64,000 nucleotides of DNA, taken from Basidiobolus meristosporus CBS 931.73. Taxonomy: Eukaryota; Fungi; Basidiobolomycota. A program made the position numbers and the translations under genes. The notes below the pieces were generated by a model, which searched no databases, was not told where the DNA came from, and saw nothing but the letters and a program-made list of their open reading frames with translations. The stretch lies in assembly GCA_002104905.1 (NCBI GenBank), contig MCFE01000281.1, positions 1 to 64,000 of the forward strand, written 5' to 3'. Positions 11,638 through 22,366 of the stretch are shown piece after piece (within the stretch, counting starts at the first letter, position 1; the number at the start of each line of letters is the position of its first letter).

Positions 11638-12369
11638 GGATAAACTCTTATTGGCTTACTGGCTAGGGGATTTGCACTGAGTCGATGGGGGGTGGAGCAA
11701 CCTGAGTTCCCGAGGCAAGTAAAAATGGAACCGCCTCCGTTCATGTGCTATACCCCAGTGGTTGCAGGTAAATGCCAGCCGCGATCTGTGAAATTGTGGA
11801 TGGATTGGAAAATGGGAGATTCCAGGAGCTCCAGCTGAGTGTTTCATTTGAGCTCACCAGTATTGCAATGGGGTCAGCAAATAACAATAAATGAAGGCGT
11901 ATTCTTCATAGCTATGCTTGAACCCAAACGGACCGCACTGACGAACCATAGTTGGAAATATGTCTAGGAATCCGAATATCTGGAAAATTAGAGCGCCTTT
12001 ATTTGGAATGTATCGACAACATGGGCATCATTTGCCAATCGCCATGAAGTAATGCGGATCATATGCGCATTGTGTGGCTTGCACTAGATTTTGTGATGTT
12101 GGTAGCAAGCATTTTAATTGGCGGTGATTCATCTATGCTGGCATGCTAGTGTCTAATGTGACTTTGCACCCTGTTGGCGATCTATTAAGCTGCCTGATCA
12201 ACACCACCCACCCGGTGAGACACATATTTGCTTATCGAGTCACTACTACCGCTTCCTCCGACCGACAAAACATGCATTTGTTGAGCACCACGAGAGCTTT
12301 GTGATTGAATTACATTTATTGTGCACTGATGCTATATATCTACATTAGCAGCAACGGATAGAGCTACTT

Positions 12370-12648
12370 CTAGTTAGAACTAGGGTTTTCACCACTGGCA
12401 CTGGGGGGGAGTTCAAAACATGAGGCGCTGGTAACCGATTGCCAGGTAAACTCCACGCATACTTGGCCTTCAAAGCAAGAGTAGTCCACCATCTTTCCAC
12501 CTTGGCATCTCCACATTACTCCAGAGTGATATTCATCGACACACTGAAGAGGGGTGTCTGGCTTTCCTGCGCACCATTCGTCCAGAGGCAAGGCAAGAGC
12601 GGAGGTAGCAAGAGTCAGGCCGGCGAAGAAGGAGGCAGCGAACTTCAT
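12370..12648 (-). CDS. Small secreted Cys-rich protein A3, 92 aa
   Basis: 11 aa differences from A1 (hand count). The ATG at 12648 gives the family signal peptide. TATAAAAATA (minus) at 12693-12702 and AATAAA (minus) at 12315-12320. Confidence 0.87.
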   Translation of the reverse strand: MKFAASFFAGLTLATSALALPLDEWCAGKPDTPLQCVDEYHSGVMWRCQGGKMVDYSCFEGQVCVEFTWQSVTSASCFELPPSASGENPSSN

Positions 12649-13032
12649 TGTTTGTTGTGGGTTGTTTGATGAGGATTGCTTGCAATGTTGTGTATTTTTA
12701 TACCTATGATTTCTAAGTATCGACAGATCATTCGTTTCTCTAGCTGTGTAGGGCTCTTGATTGTCAATAACAACGTAAATCCAAATCCTTACCAATTTGA
12801 CAGGATCATTTGTGGTGGCTTACCCAACAACAGCACTAAATTAGGATGAATTGGCTACGCGGACTAATATTCCATCACGGTCGGTATTAATGTGTTGTTC
12901 TGGGCAGTCGGGGAATGCTCTTCGGCCCAAGCGAATCTCTTGAAAACCCAATGAACACATTGCTGACACCAGCTATGGTGAAATTCCTCGGTAGTACCTT
13001 TAGGAGTCTGATTCATCGAGCTTAATTGTGGT

Positions 13033-13058
13033 ATCAAGATAGCGATCGATGTGATCAG
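13033..13058 (-). promoter_or_regulatory. Conserved 26-bp GAT-repeat element upstream of A3
   Basis: ATCAAGATAGCGATCGATGTGATCAG, 385 bp from the start codon. Confidence 0.65.
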
Positions 13059-14011
13059 AACCACTAGATTTGGTTTGAGAATTGGATCTCTTCAACCACG
13101 ACCACCATGTTGATTTTGATTGGCGTGCAAAAAAAGTAAATGAGCTGCACAATACAGTAGACGCTCATACGATTAATACCATATGAACGCCTCAACCTCG
13201 AAATACACGAAACTTGCCAAAATCAGAGCATGATAAAACTCCCACTGACCGGATTAGTAAACCGACCAAAGTAATCGGTTCCATATCCGCACCTGAGCAG
13301 TAATTCAAGGCCATTAGTTGGATGGTGTGAATTCATTTCCATCGATGACTTTGTGCATAATTCGTATATGGACAATCATCACTTGATGAGAACAAGCCAA
13401 AAAGGAGATGAAAATCTTGTCGCATGGCGATTTCAGAGATGTATTTTGACGCTTTGCGGTAGAACATTTAGTCGGTAGGTACCGGACCGAACATCATCTT
13501 ACATACAGAACGTTGATATCACACTAATCTGTTTCACACAATTGGATCCGAATGTTATGTTGTAGAATTCCCTTAGCCCAAGCTTCTTGCTAGCTTCAAC
13601 CCCGCCCAGTGTGGGATTGAGTTGAAGCCAATCATTCCTTCATCAACTGATAACATAGGTCGACCTATATACAAACATACGAATAGATATTGCAAATCCT
13701 TTTTATCAGTGGTAGACGTTGTATCCCTAAATTTCAAAGGCCAAGCGTATTTTGCCATTGAAAATGCTTGTATTGCGGCGGATTATGTATTGACGACTTG
13801 ATTTTTGGAAATTCCACGGTCCCACGGGTGAAACTCTCATGAAATTGATGGGTTAATGCTCATTTATTGTTCATGACTGTAACATATTACATGTATTATC
13901 AATATTGGCTGATTCGCTGACATCAAATATCAAGTGATGGCTACAACTTAGTTGTGCATATTATAGGTGTATTTACAATGTTTGGCCATTGCTGGCAATT
14001 CGAGAGGCGAT

Positions 14012-14290
14012 CTAATTGCCAGAGTTTGCTGGAGCCAGGGATCTCTCGCCACATGCTGCGGTAGTAGATGAGCCAACGGTATACATAACACACACTTGAT
14101 CGCCAGGGCATGAATAGTCAAGCACCTTTCCATCAGAGCACTTGAACATTACACCAGAGTGATGCTCGTAGAGGCATTGGAGGGAGGTGTTCTGATTCTC
14201 CTGGCAGTACTGTGGAAAGTTTTCAAATGGCAGAGCCAGAACGGTGGTGGCGAGAATCAAGCCAGCCGAGATCGATGTGGTGAACTTCAT
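14012..14290 (-). CDS. Small secreted Cys-rich protein A4, 92 aa (module A closest to that of the A-B gene)
   Basis: Signal MKFTTSISAGLILATTVLALP. YCQENQNTSLQC...GKVLDYSCPGDQVC...AAC has the family Cys spacing. TATAAATA (minus) at 14355-14362 and AATAAA (minus) at 13863-13868. Confidence 0.87.
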   Translation of the reverse strand: MKFTTSISAGLILATTVLALPFENFPQYCQENQNTSLQCLYEHHSGVMFKCSDGKVLDYSCPGDQVCVMYTVGSSTTAACGERSLAPANSGN

Positions 14291-14666
14291 TGTTTGTAGT
14301 GTTGTCAGGTATGCTAGTGGTAGCTTATTGAGTCTTGATGGGAGTATCCTATGATATTTATACCTTCAAATTCAAACAACCAGCAAGCCATGGCTCTCGA
14401 CCGCCAGCTGCGCTTCAGTTTCAAATCTTGGCAAATCTGGAGCACATCCATTTTACGCGGTAGAAATACCGATTTGACAGGTGGTGGCGTCAAGTACGCA
14501 AACGCGAAAACTACCCCAAAATCGGCATCACCACTTCATTTCGGGTAGTTGGTCGATAATAATATTGGTATCTCGACCAGAATAGGCTTCTGCGTTGGGT
14601 TCACCCGGAGCTGCATTCCAGGAAACCGTATATGTATCACTATGATCCACATGTCTTCTACATCGC

Positions 14667-14692
14667 ATCGAGATCACCACCGATGCGATCAC
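14667..14692 (-). promoter_or_regulatory. Degenerate copy of the 26-bp element upstream of A4
   Basis: ATCGAGATCACCACCGATGCGATCAC, 21/26 match to the A1 copy, 377 bp from the start codon. Confidence 0.55.
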
Positions 14693-17345
14693 CAGCATTA
14701 AATTCGATTCTGAAGAATTGGCACTTTTCAACCTGATTGGTTGGTGGGATTTTCATGGCAACTTTACCCGGGGAAGATACCAATTTGAGAGGAGGTTGAA
14801 TGTATCCATTAATGCCATTATTTCTGAAGGTTTCACCACGATCGGCATTAGTCATGCTGTCTGGTCAATAGAATAAGCCTATTTCGGTGAACCACATTAC
14901 GCTTCGCAGCCATCAAAGAAGCGATGTCCTGATGATAGTTGATACCATGACCAGTACCAGTGTTCATTCTGATTGAAGAGTCGAGTAGCAACTGGAGACA
15001 TCCTTGCGAGAAGTCTAATGAGGTTTATTGCCTTTTCAAAGCATATTTCCATCCATAGTGGACCCAACCATTCGAATATCCAGCATACGCTTCTTTCAAT
15101 CAAGTTAAGCAGCCATTTCCGGATAGGACGCTACATACAGTGGGGTAAGTCGAAGAAATGGAGCTTGGAAAAAAAACTCAGATCAATGGGATTCCATAGT
15201 TTCCTGACTAGCCCGTGATCTCTGAGCTGAGTAAAATCTTACGAGAAATGCCTAATCATGAATACATGACTGCTGCTTGAAATCTCTTGGAAGATGGTCA
15301 TTGTAGATAAGAAGGCAGCAACACCCCAGTGCCAATATGTTGAATGCAAGCTCTACTCGGCATTACTGTGTCTTACTGTATGTGTGCATACTAGTTCTTC
15401 TGTAGCAAATGTGGATTCAAGATAATGTGCGAAAGACATTGGAACCTTATCTGCACCAGTGTTTCCTCGTTTGTATTCCAAATACATTGGCCCACTCACC
15501 GCGGCGACCAACTTCGACTACCTGAGACTGTTCACGCTTTGAGACGATGACTAATGCAATATTGCAATATAAGGGAATGAAAAAAAGCCGCCAATATGCA
15601 TCTTAGGCTAGAGCCCCGAAATCTGCAGTATTCCTATGAAGAGTATAGTCGCTTCTGTGGGGGGGGGGGTGACTTCTCAAGAGAAATCTCAAAATTCGGA
15701 TCATCCTGCCGAAGGATAAAAATAAACATCATCACATAACACTCCCCGAATTATATGGCTCAGTATGGCACAGCGGAATATCACAAGATCTTCGTGAGAT
15801 TCCCATAGATGGATATCGAGGCCACCTAATCTGGTTGGACAGTTATTGACCGATTTTCATGTTGGCTCTTTGGCAACACATGCATCATGCGGGAAATGAT
15901 CATTTGAATTCGTTTATTGTGCATTTCGATTACACATCAGAAGTGGTCTAATGAATGAAGGAGGGGTGTCTGGCCCGTTTATGGGGGAATACCAATACCA
16001 ATTTTTCTAAGCATAATCCTGACCACAAAAGTCAGGCGCAACTAACATGCCCCACAATCCAGATTCCAACCAAACCTTATCAGCGTTTCTTCAGGAATAA
16101 CCAGACTCCCTTGATACACACACCCCACTGGGGCACATATATGACATGCATCCGAAGTTTCCATGCACTACGTGAATTCTGGCTTATCTAAAGAAACCGT
16201 GATCAACACGCTAGATTTGGCTGAATAGCACCTCGGGTTTGAACATCTAGTCGCCAGATGAAACCAGATAAATTTGGGGTGAGTGATACAAGCACAAACT
16301 GACCAAAGCTACGACAATTTAGCCAAATCGATGGATCCTTATCAGGACTGCGTGATTTGGATGTTGGCATCTCTCAGCTTATTTGCCTCGATGAATGTGG
16401 TATGTTGTACATCTACCACTAATCGCTAGCCTACATATTTATGGTGAATCTCTTAGGCTGCAGAGACAGTCGCTCGTATTCTGAACGGGGTAAACGCGGA
16501 CTGGAAAACATGCCTAGATACACTCCAGCGTTTGACAAGCACCCACGTTTCGGCTAAAACAGTCATTCGATTCGAGTAGTATCCTGCGAAAAAATACCCT
16601 TATCGCGCTTATCGCTCTTCCCTACATGGAAACTGTACCTTGGAGTGTCATAGGCATTCCGGCATTCTTATCTGAAGATATTTTAGCCCATGGCCATATG
16701 GCAAATCTTTGGGTCACTCTTAATATTGTAGATTAGGTATGCCCTCTCCCTGCAGTATGGAATCTTGGCAAACCTGGTGTCATATGTCATGGATATGTCA
16801 GAGTATGCCATTATTCACTTGTGCTAACAGGTTGAAAAGACCTGTGAATCCATATTCCACTTACTGTACCTGAATCGAGCGGGAGGACACGAAGTAACAT
16901 CCTAATTTTTGTGTTGAAAATTTTGTAATTACACCTATATAATCCATCTACTAAGTACAAGGTATACATCCATTTTAGCTGAATAATTCCAATTACCATA
17001 ACATCAGGTGAAAGTGTTGCAATAATATGGGAAGATCTGCAATTGTATGAAGTTATCAGACATTTAACTCATTACAAACGAGGGGGAACACTTGCGCTAA
17101 TTGCCTGCCAATAGTGTATGGCATTTCCTTTATGCAATGCTCAATTGGAAAGTTCCAAGCATGCAAGAAATCCACAACCATGGAAGGAATGTTAGCACTG
17201 TGGATACATTTCAGAAATCCCTTATTAAAAAAGTCTGTGACAATCAGGTAAACGTTGTTTTGCTCCAAGGTACTGTGCCCAGAACTAGTCAGTTACTGAT
17301 GTTCTGAGATATATACAATGGAAAACGTTATGAGTAACAAAAAAG

Positions 17346-17691
17346 TGTGTTAAGAGTTTGGAGATATTGGAGGTGATTGGGAGAACAAGTAGATTATGTG
17401 GTTTTCACTTTATGATTGACTGAATGTAAAAGTAGTATTTATACTTTACGTGGTCTTGGCAAAACAAACGCGTAGAATATGCTTAGGAAAGCCCCAAGAG
17501 CATTTGTGCAAAGTTTGGGGCTGTTTGGCCTACTTATCAATATCTCATGTTCTGGATACCTGATGTTTTGGTGAAAATGTTCCAAGTAAATCCCAACAAG
17601 GAATTTGACCAGAACTCTCTGAGATTTGTAGACTATGATCCAAGTGACTAGGTTGGGTGAATATCTAGGTGTAATTACGAAATCTACAACA
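17346..17691 (-). mobile_element. Solo LTR of copia family X, the only full copy in the gene-rich half
   Basis: Aligns over its full length to the reverse complement of 28282-28631. TG...CA ends. Flanks AAAAG/AAATG are a 4/5 match to a 5-bp TSD. Confidence 0.8.
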
Positions 17692-17750
17692 AAATGCAAG
17701 GACTCCTTCGAAAGTATGTATGACCATTGAATGATTTATAGGATTTAAAA

Positions 17751-17955
17751 TGTTGCAATAATTTATGGAGTATTGGAAGTGATTTGGAGAACCAGAAGAA
17801 CTGCATGTTATTCACCTGTTGTTTTGTTGAGTTCAAATAAAGTATATATAGGTTGAGGGGAACTTCGTAAAACTAATGATAGGAACACTTCAAGGAAGGT
17901 ACCAGGAAGCTGTGTGCAAAGTTTGGGGGCTTCTGGAAGAGTTTGAAAATATCAA
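17751..17955 (-). mobile_element. Older, diverged partial LTR related to family X
   Basis: Contains tgttgcaata...ggagtattggaagtgatttggag and tgtgtgcaaagtttgggggc, both matching family X. Ends are approximate. Confidence 0.5.
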
Positions 17956-18087
17956 TAACTTCCAGACCTTCACTAATTCTAAGAATTAGCTAATATCCTA
18001 CGAGCTAAATCTTGGGTAAATAACTCATAGCTTAGCAATAGGCTAAACAGAATCTTACAATACATCTCCAAATCAAAGCTGTCGCAG

Positions 18088-18152
<65 letters not shown>
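18088..18152. repeat. Compound (AT)n(GT)n microsatellite
   Basis: Read directly. A shorter paralogous copy lies at 22328-22366. Confidence 0.95.
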
Positions 18153-18154
<2 letters not shown>

Positions 18155-20051
18155 TCGGACAATGACCATTTTGGTTGAATTGTCGGATTGGATTAACCTC
18201 GACTGATAGTACGAAAATTAAGTTGCGGATTACGTTTCATCACCAGACATTAAGTAATATTCGCATATGCCTCCACAGCCCCAAGTCTAGTAAAGAAGCA
18301 TAAGCAGCGGGCCCTACCGTCGGTATATGGTCGATGACAAAGCAACACGAAGCATATCGGATAGACTCCTTAGAAACCTTCGATTTTCCCACGCGCTCTA
18401 GACTATGTTAACTCGGAAAAATATTTGACCAGTGGATAAGCGGCGACTGGGATGAAGATTCTCGGGCCATTTCATACTGATAAGATCCTGGATGTTACCC
18501 ACTTAACAACGTACCGCGGTTTACGTAAGCAATTTGATCACTTGGCAACCCATCTATGATAGAATGAAGGACGACAGGCGTGGTCATGCCGACATAGGAG
18601 TGGGGCATTACTGGGACTAGCATAAATACATTCAAAGGTTTTACTATTCCGCAGGCACCTAGACTAACTCTTTTCATGGATCGGCAATAATAGAAGTATC
18701 TCTGATCTGGCAAATCCTATCTCAGTACATTAGCAGTGCCATCTCGAGTCGCGTGAATCCCCGAGTTCAGAGTTTCGACACCGATTAATTTTTCGGATGG
18801 GACCACCGATAACCATGTGAAGTAATCAGCAGTTATGAATACACAGTCTCAAAACAATACTAGAATCAGAATCTGATTAGCCGATTTGGTTCCACCCTAA
18901 GGCTCGTGCGATCCAGGCGGGGAATTTTCTCATGCCATCCCTGGGTGATATCTCCGAGTTAGAGTCGGATATGCCTAATTTGTTCTTGCAACGGAGTGTG
19001 TCCGATCCAGGCACGGAATGTAGTATGGCATAGCATAAGTACCATGCAGGTCCCAATCTACTAACCTAGAGTCAAATCACAAAAATGTAGTCGCAAATGC
19101 TTGTATATGGATAGACAGGTTGACAGTGTTTAAAGGGCAATTAGTTCGCATAACCACGATGAATTAAAGAAAACTAGATGTTCCTGATCAAAATAGAATC
19201 ACCCAGTGACTGTGATAGCAGAGAAGACACATTTGCCAACATGCGCTCGTTGATGGAATCAATTTCATCGTGAAAGTGAAGTTTTTTCTGAGACGTCCCT
19301 TGGTCCTGAAGATGAGCCAACCATAATAGCCGCTTACCTTGGAAATGTGCATTAGTATTTTCCAAGCTGTGGGGTTTTCATTTCCATGTTTTTTCTCGCT
19401 ACGTTCTTGGGAAGTAATCAGCTGATAGACCGATAAGCCAAAAGAATGATACACGAGGGGCTGTTAGGTATTAATCGTTGCATCAAATGAAATTACTGCT
19501 GTTCCCGCTTCTACTTCGAGCTCTAAATACCTGTGGCTGACCAACCAGAAGCGGTCCCAGCGATTGATTTGTTTTTCCTCTTTCTGTGCACCAACGAGGG
19601 GCGAGGAGAAATTCTCCTAAACCTAATTTGGTTTCGATGATCAGAAGTTACAAATATGGTAAGGTGTCATTGAATAACCATATTTTCTCCGAAAGCATTA
19701 ATAATCTTAACGAAATACCAATAGTCGCATAGCAATGCGTGATTGAGTGAATCCACACTTGGAGAAACGTTACTTTTGATGAAGTGGTTACAGGTGATTA
19801 CTCCAAATTGGTGATGTACTGGTGACTCGTGAGCCATTGGCCCAAGAGAAATACCAATAAGTGCACCGCACTGGAAATGCACATTTACCTCCGGCGTAAA
19901 TGGATAAAGTGAATCCACTATCAAAGAACGGTTGCCAGCAGCGAAAGTCACGAAGGAAGATTGCTCTATATTTGGACCGGGCTGATACGTGGATAGTTGA
20001 AGCCTTGTCGCATAAATATGAGCCACAAATTCAATGGACACCCATCTGATA

Positions 20052-21059
20052 ATGAAATTCTCGACATCTATCTCCACAGGCCTAACCCTGGTTGCCGCTG
20101 CATCGGCCTTGCCATTAAGCTCTACTCGCGCCCCTTGTGAATGCAGCCCCATTGACGAGTCGTCCTCCGTGTATATGAGCGATTTCCTCCTTGCTTTACA
20201 AAGTAACGGTTACTTGTGGGATGTTGCCGCACACAGTCTGGACTCCGAGCATCACTTTGAGTACAAGGGTGTTAATACCGAGGGAAAGAACTTCACCGCC
20301 ATCACCACCGTTCAGTTTAACGAGCCAGTCGAAGGAGGACTCTCTGTGAGTGATAAGCTTTACGAGTGCTTCAAGAACTCGGAGAAGACACCTGGATGGA
20401 ACAGCAACGTTCTCATTGCACCCAAGTGTGCTCTGTACGCTGACAACAAGCTCGTTGCCAGCATGGAGATCGCCACTAACCACATCGAGACTACTTCCAC
20501 TAAGGCTGCACCAACCACCACCTCCCACGAGGAGTCGACCTCTGCCCAAGCTGCTCCTACTACCGCTCAAGTCAAGCCTATCACTACTTCTGCCGCGCCA
20601 TCCTCCACTCATGTCAAGTCGGTGTCCACGAAAGCTGAGACCTCTTCAACCACCGTGTCTGTCAGAGCGACTCCCACTGCCACCCCCAAGCCGACTGTTC
20701 ACGCCCCCTGTGAATGCAGTCCCATCGACGAAGCATACCCCATACTCATGGGTGATTTCATCATGGACTACCACAATGCCGGATATCTATGGAATTCTGC
20801 CTCCCGCAGCACGAAGTCCGAGCATCGCTATGAGTTCAAAGGACACAACGATTTTGGAGTGGACTACACTGCTGTGATCACCATTCAGCCTAACGAGCCA
20901 GTCGAGGGGGATCTTCCATTGAGCAGTAAGCTTTACGAGTGCTTCATGAGCACTGAGACGACCCCTAGCTGGAGCTACAACGCTGTCATTGCACCCAAGT
21001 GCTCCTTGTACGCCGACAACAAGCTTCTCGCCAGCATGGAAATCACCTCTAGCCAGTAA
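20052..21059 (+). CDS. Secreted protein, 335 aa: signal peptide + module B + S/T/A/P linker + module B (copy 1)
   Basis: The ORF track starts at 20034, but the family signal MKFSTSISTGLTLVAAASALP begins at 20052. CATAAATA at 20011-20018. Two internal repeats PCECSPIDE...KLYECF...IAPKC.LYADNKL.ASME. AATAAATG at 21161-21168. Confidence 0.88.
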   Translation: MKFSTSISTGLTLVAAASALPLSSTRAPCECSPIDESSSVYMSDFLLALQSNGYLWDVAAHSLDSEHHFEYKGVNTEGKNFTAITTVQFNEPVEGGLSVSDKLYECFKNSEKTPGWNSNVLIAPKCALYADNKLVASMEIATNHIETTSTKAAPTTTSHEESTSAQAAPTTAQVKPITTSAAPSSTHVKSVSTKAETSSTTVSVRATPTATPKPTVHAPCECSPIDEAYPILMGDFIMDYHNAGYLWNSASRSTKSEHRYEFKGHNDFGVDYTAVITIQPNEPVEGDLPLSSKLYECFMSTETTPSWSYNAVIAPKCSLYADNKLLASMEITSSQ

Positions 21060-22327
21060 AGGCAAAGCATTGTATAATATTCCCTCCCTCTATAGAATTG
21101 GTGTTCTCTAAGGCACTGGATCGTCGTTGTACATGTGATTTGGTGGCTTGGTTAAAGTAAAATAAATGATCTGAAAACCGATGCAGCCCTCGCCCGGTCG
21201 AGTCTTTCGTACCATTGCGTACGGCCTCTTGCAGCTGTTGGTTCGCTTCCATTCACTGGCTGGAAATAGAAATTCTCTTGGAACGCATTGGGGTTATCTG
21301 ACGGTGGTTAGCATGATTCAGGGTGTTGGATACAATCTTACGGGGTGTATTCAACTGGAATTTTTTTATCTCAATATGGCAGAATCAAATAGTAAGGCTA
21401 GGATGGTAATGGTATGAACGAACCTTCCAATTCCATCAATCAAAGGTTACTTTCGCGGTTGAGATATGGGGCAATCTTCAAGGGTAGCTTGACTCAAAAA
21501 AGATGTCTCGATTAGTTGTTACCAAATGTCGGACATTAGAAGCTTGCCACATCATCTTCCGGATAATACTCTAATTAGAACGTGAGCTGGCTTGATCGTC
21601 CATTCAACCAAAGCCAAATGTATTTCGAAGTCAGAAGTGCTTGACAGAGTAGGTAGATTTGAGCTTCTTTCTATATTTCCATCGTTTCTGAATGGGTAAT
21701 TCTGCTTGCGACATATCGTTCGCTAACTTGACTGCTCAAGAATCCTCGGTAACAGGGGATCCTTTAGCGGTATAGATAGCCGCAAGTCAACATTTCAAGG
21801 TGAGTTCGCCCTCAAGATGCTCTCATGGATATATTCGGCATCGAAAGGGATTATTATTCCCGGAGTTCATTTTCATGATTAAGCTTCTTGCGTGATGTGC
21901 CGTTTAGTAAGCCAGTAGCGTTGATCTCGCTTTCACGGGCCAAATGATTACCCAAATGAGTAGAATATAGGGTGAATTGTGAGCTGAATGACTCCATGAA
22001 AGTGGCTGCCATACAACTCGTTGGCAACGCGCTTCCACTGCAGTACGAGATACTGAGGGTATTGTCGGCATCAGATATTTCGGAGTCATGCCTGAGCTCT
22101 AGCAAATTAGCTGTTGTACCGGGGCGATTTTGAGAAACGTCTACCATGGATGTCGATTCGGAGAGTTCAAGTGGCTCACGAGCAATCGATCGAACTGGAC
22201 ACCGTGCTAAAACTTGATTCTCAGAACAACAACGTAACTATATAAGATATCCTCCAATGGCTCTCTCTGCTGCTCTCAAGATTCGCCTTGAATGTTAAGG
22301 AACATCTCCAAATCAAAGCTGCTGCAG

Positions 22328-22366
22328 ATATATATATATATACATGTGTGTGTGTGTGTGTGTGTG
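22328..22366. repeat. Compound (AT)n(GT)n microsatellite, shorter paralog
   Basis: Read directly. Confidence 0.95.

Larger units (their letters stand above)
18062..21355. repeat. Tandem segmental duplication unit 1 (contains B-B gene 1)
   Basis: Collinear with 22302-25512 at offsets of 4240 to 4158. Near-identical at 18153-18493 and 19866-21250, clearly diverged in between. Confidence 0.9.

Noticed and set aside
15659-15669. Poly-G run
   Set aside because: An isolated homopolymer with no associated structure, and prone to sequencing error.
20196-20877. Long overlapping ORFs in other frames of the secreted genes (20196, 20350, 24273, 24508, 6859, 3597, 1010)
   Set aside because: Shadow ORFs of codon-biased genes. 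They recur only because the genes are duplicated and have no independent motifs.
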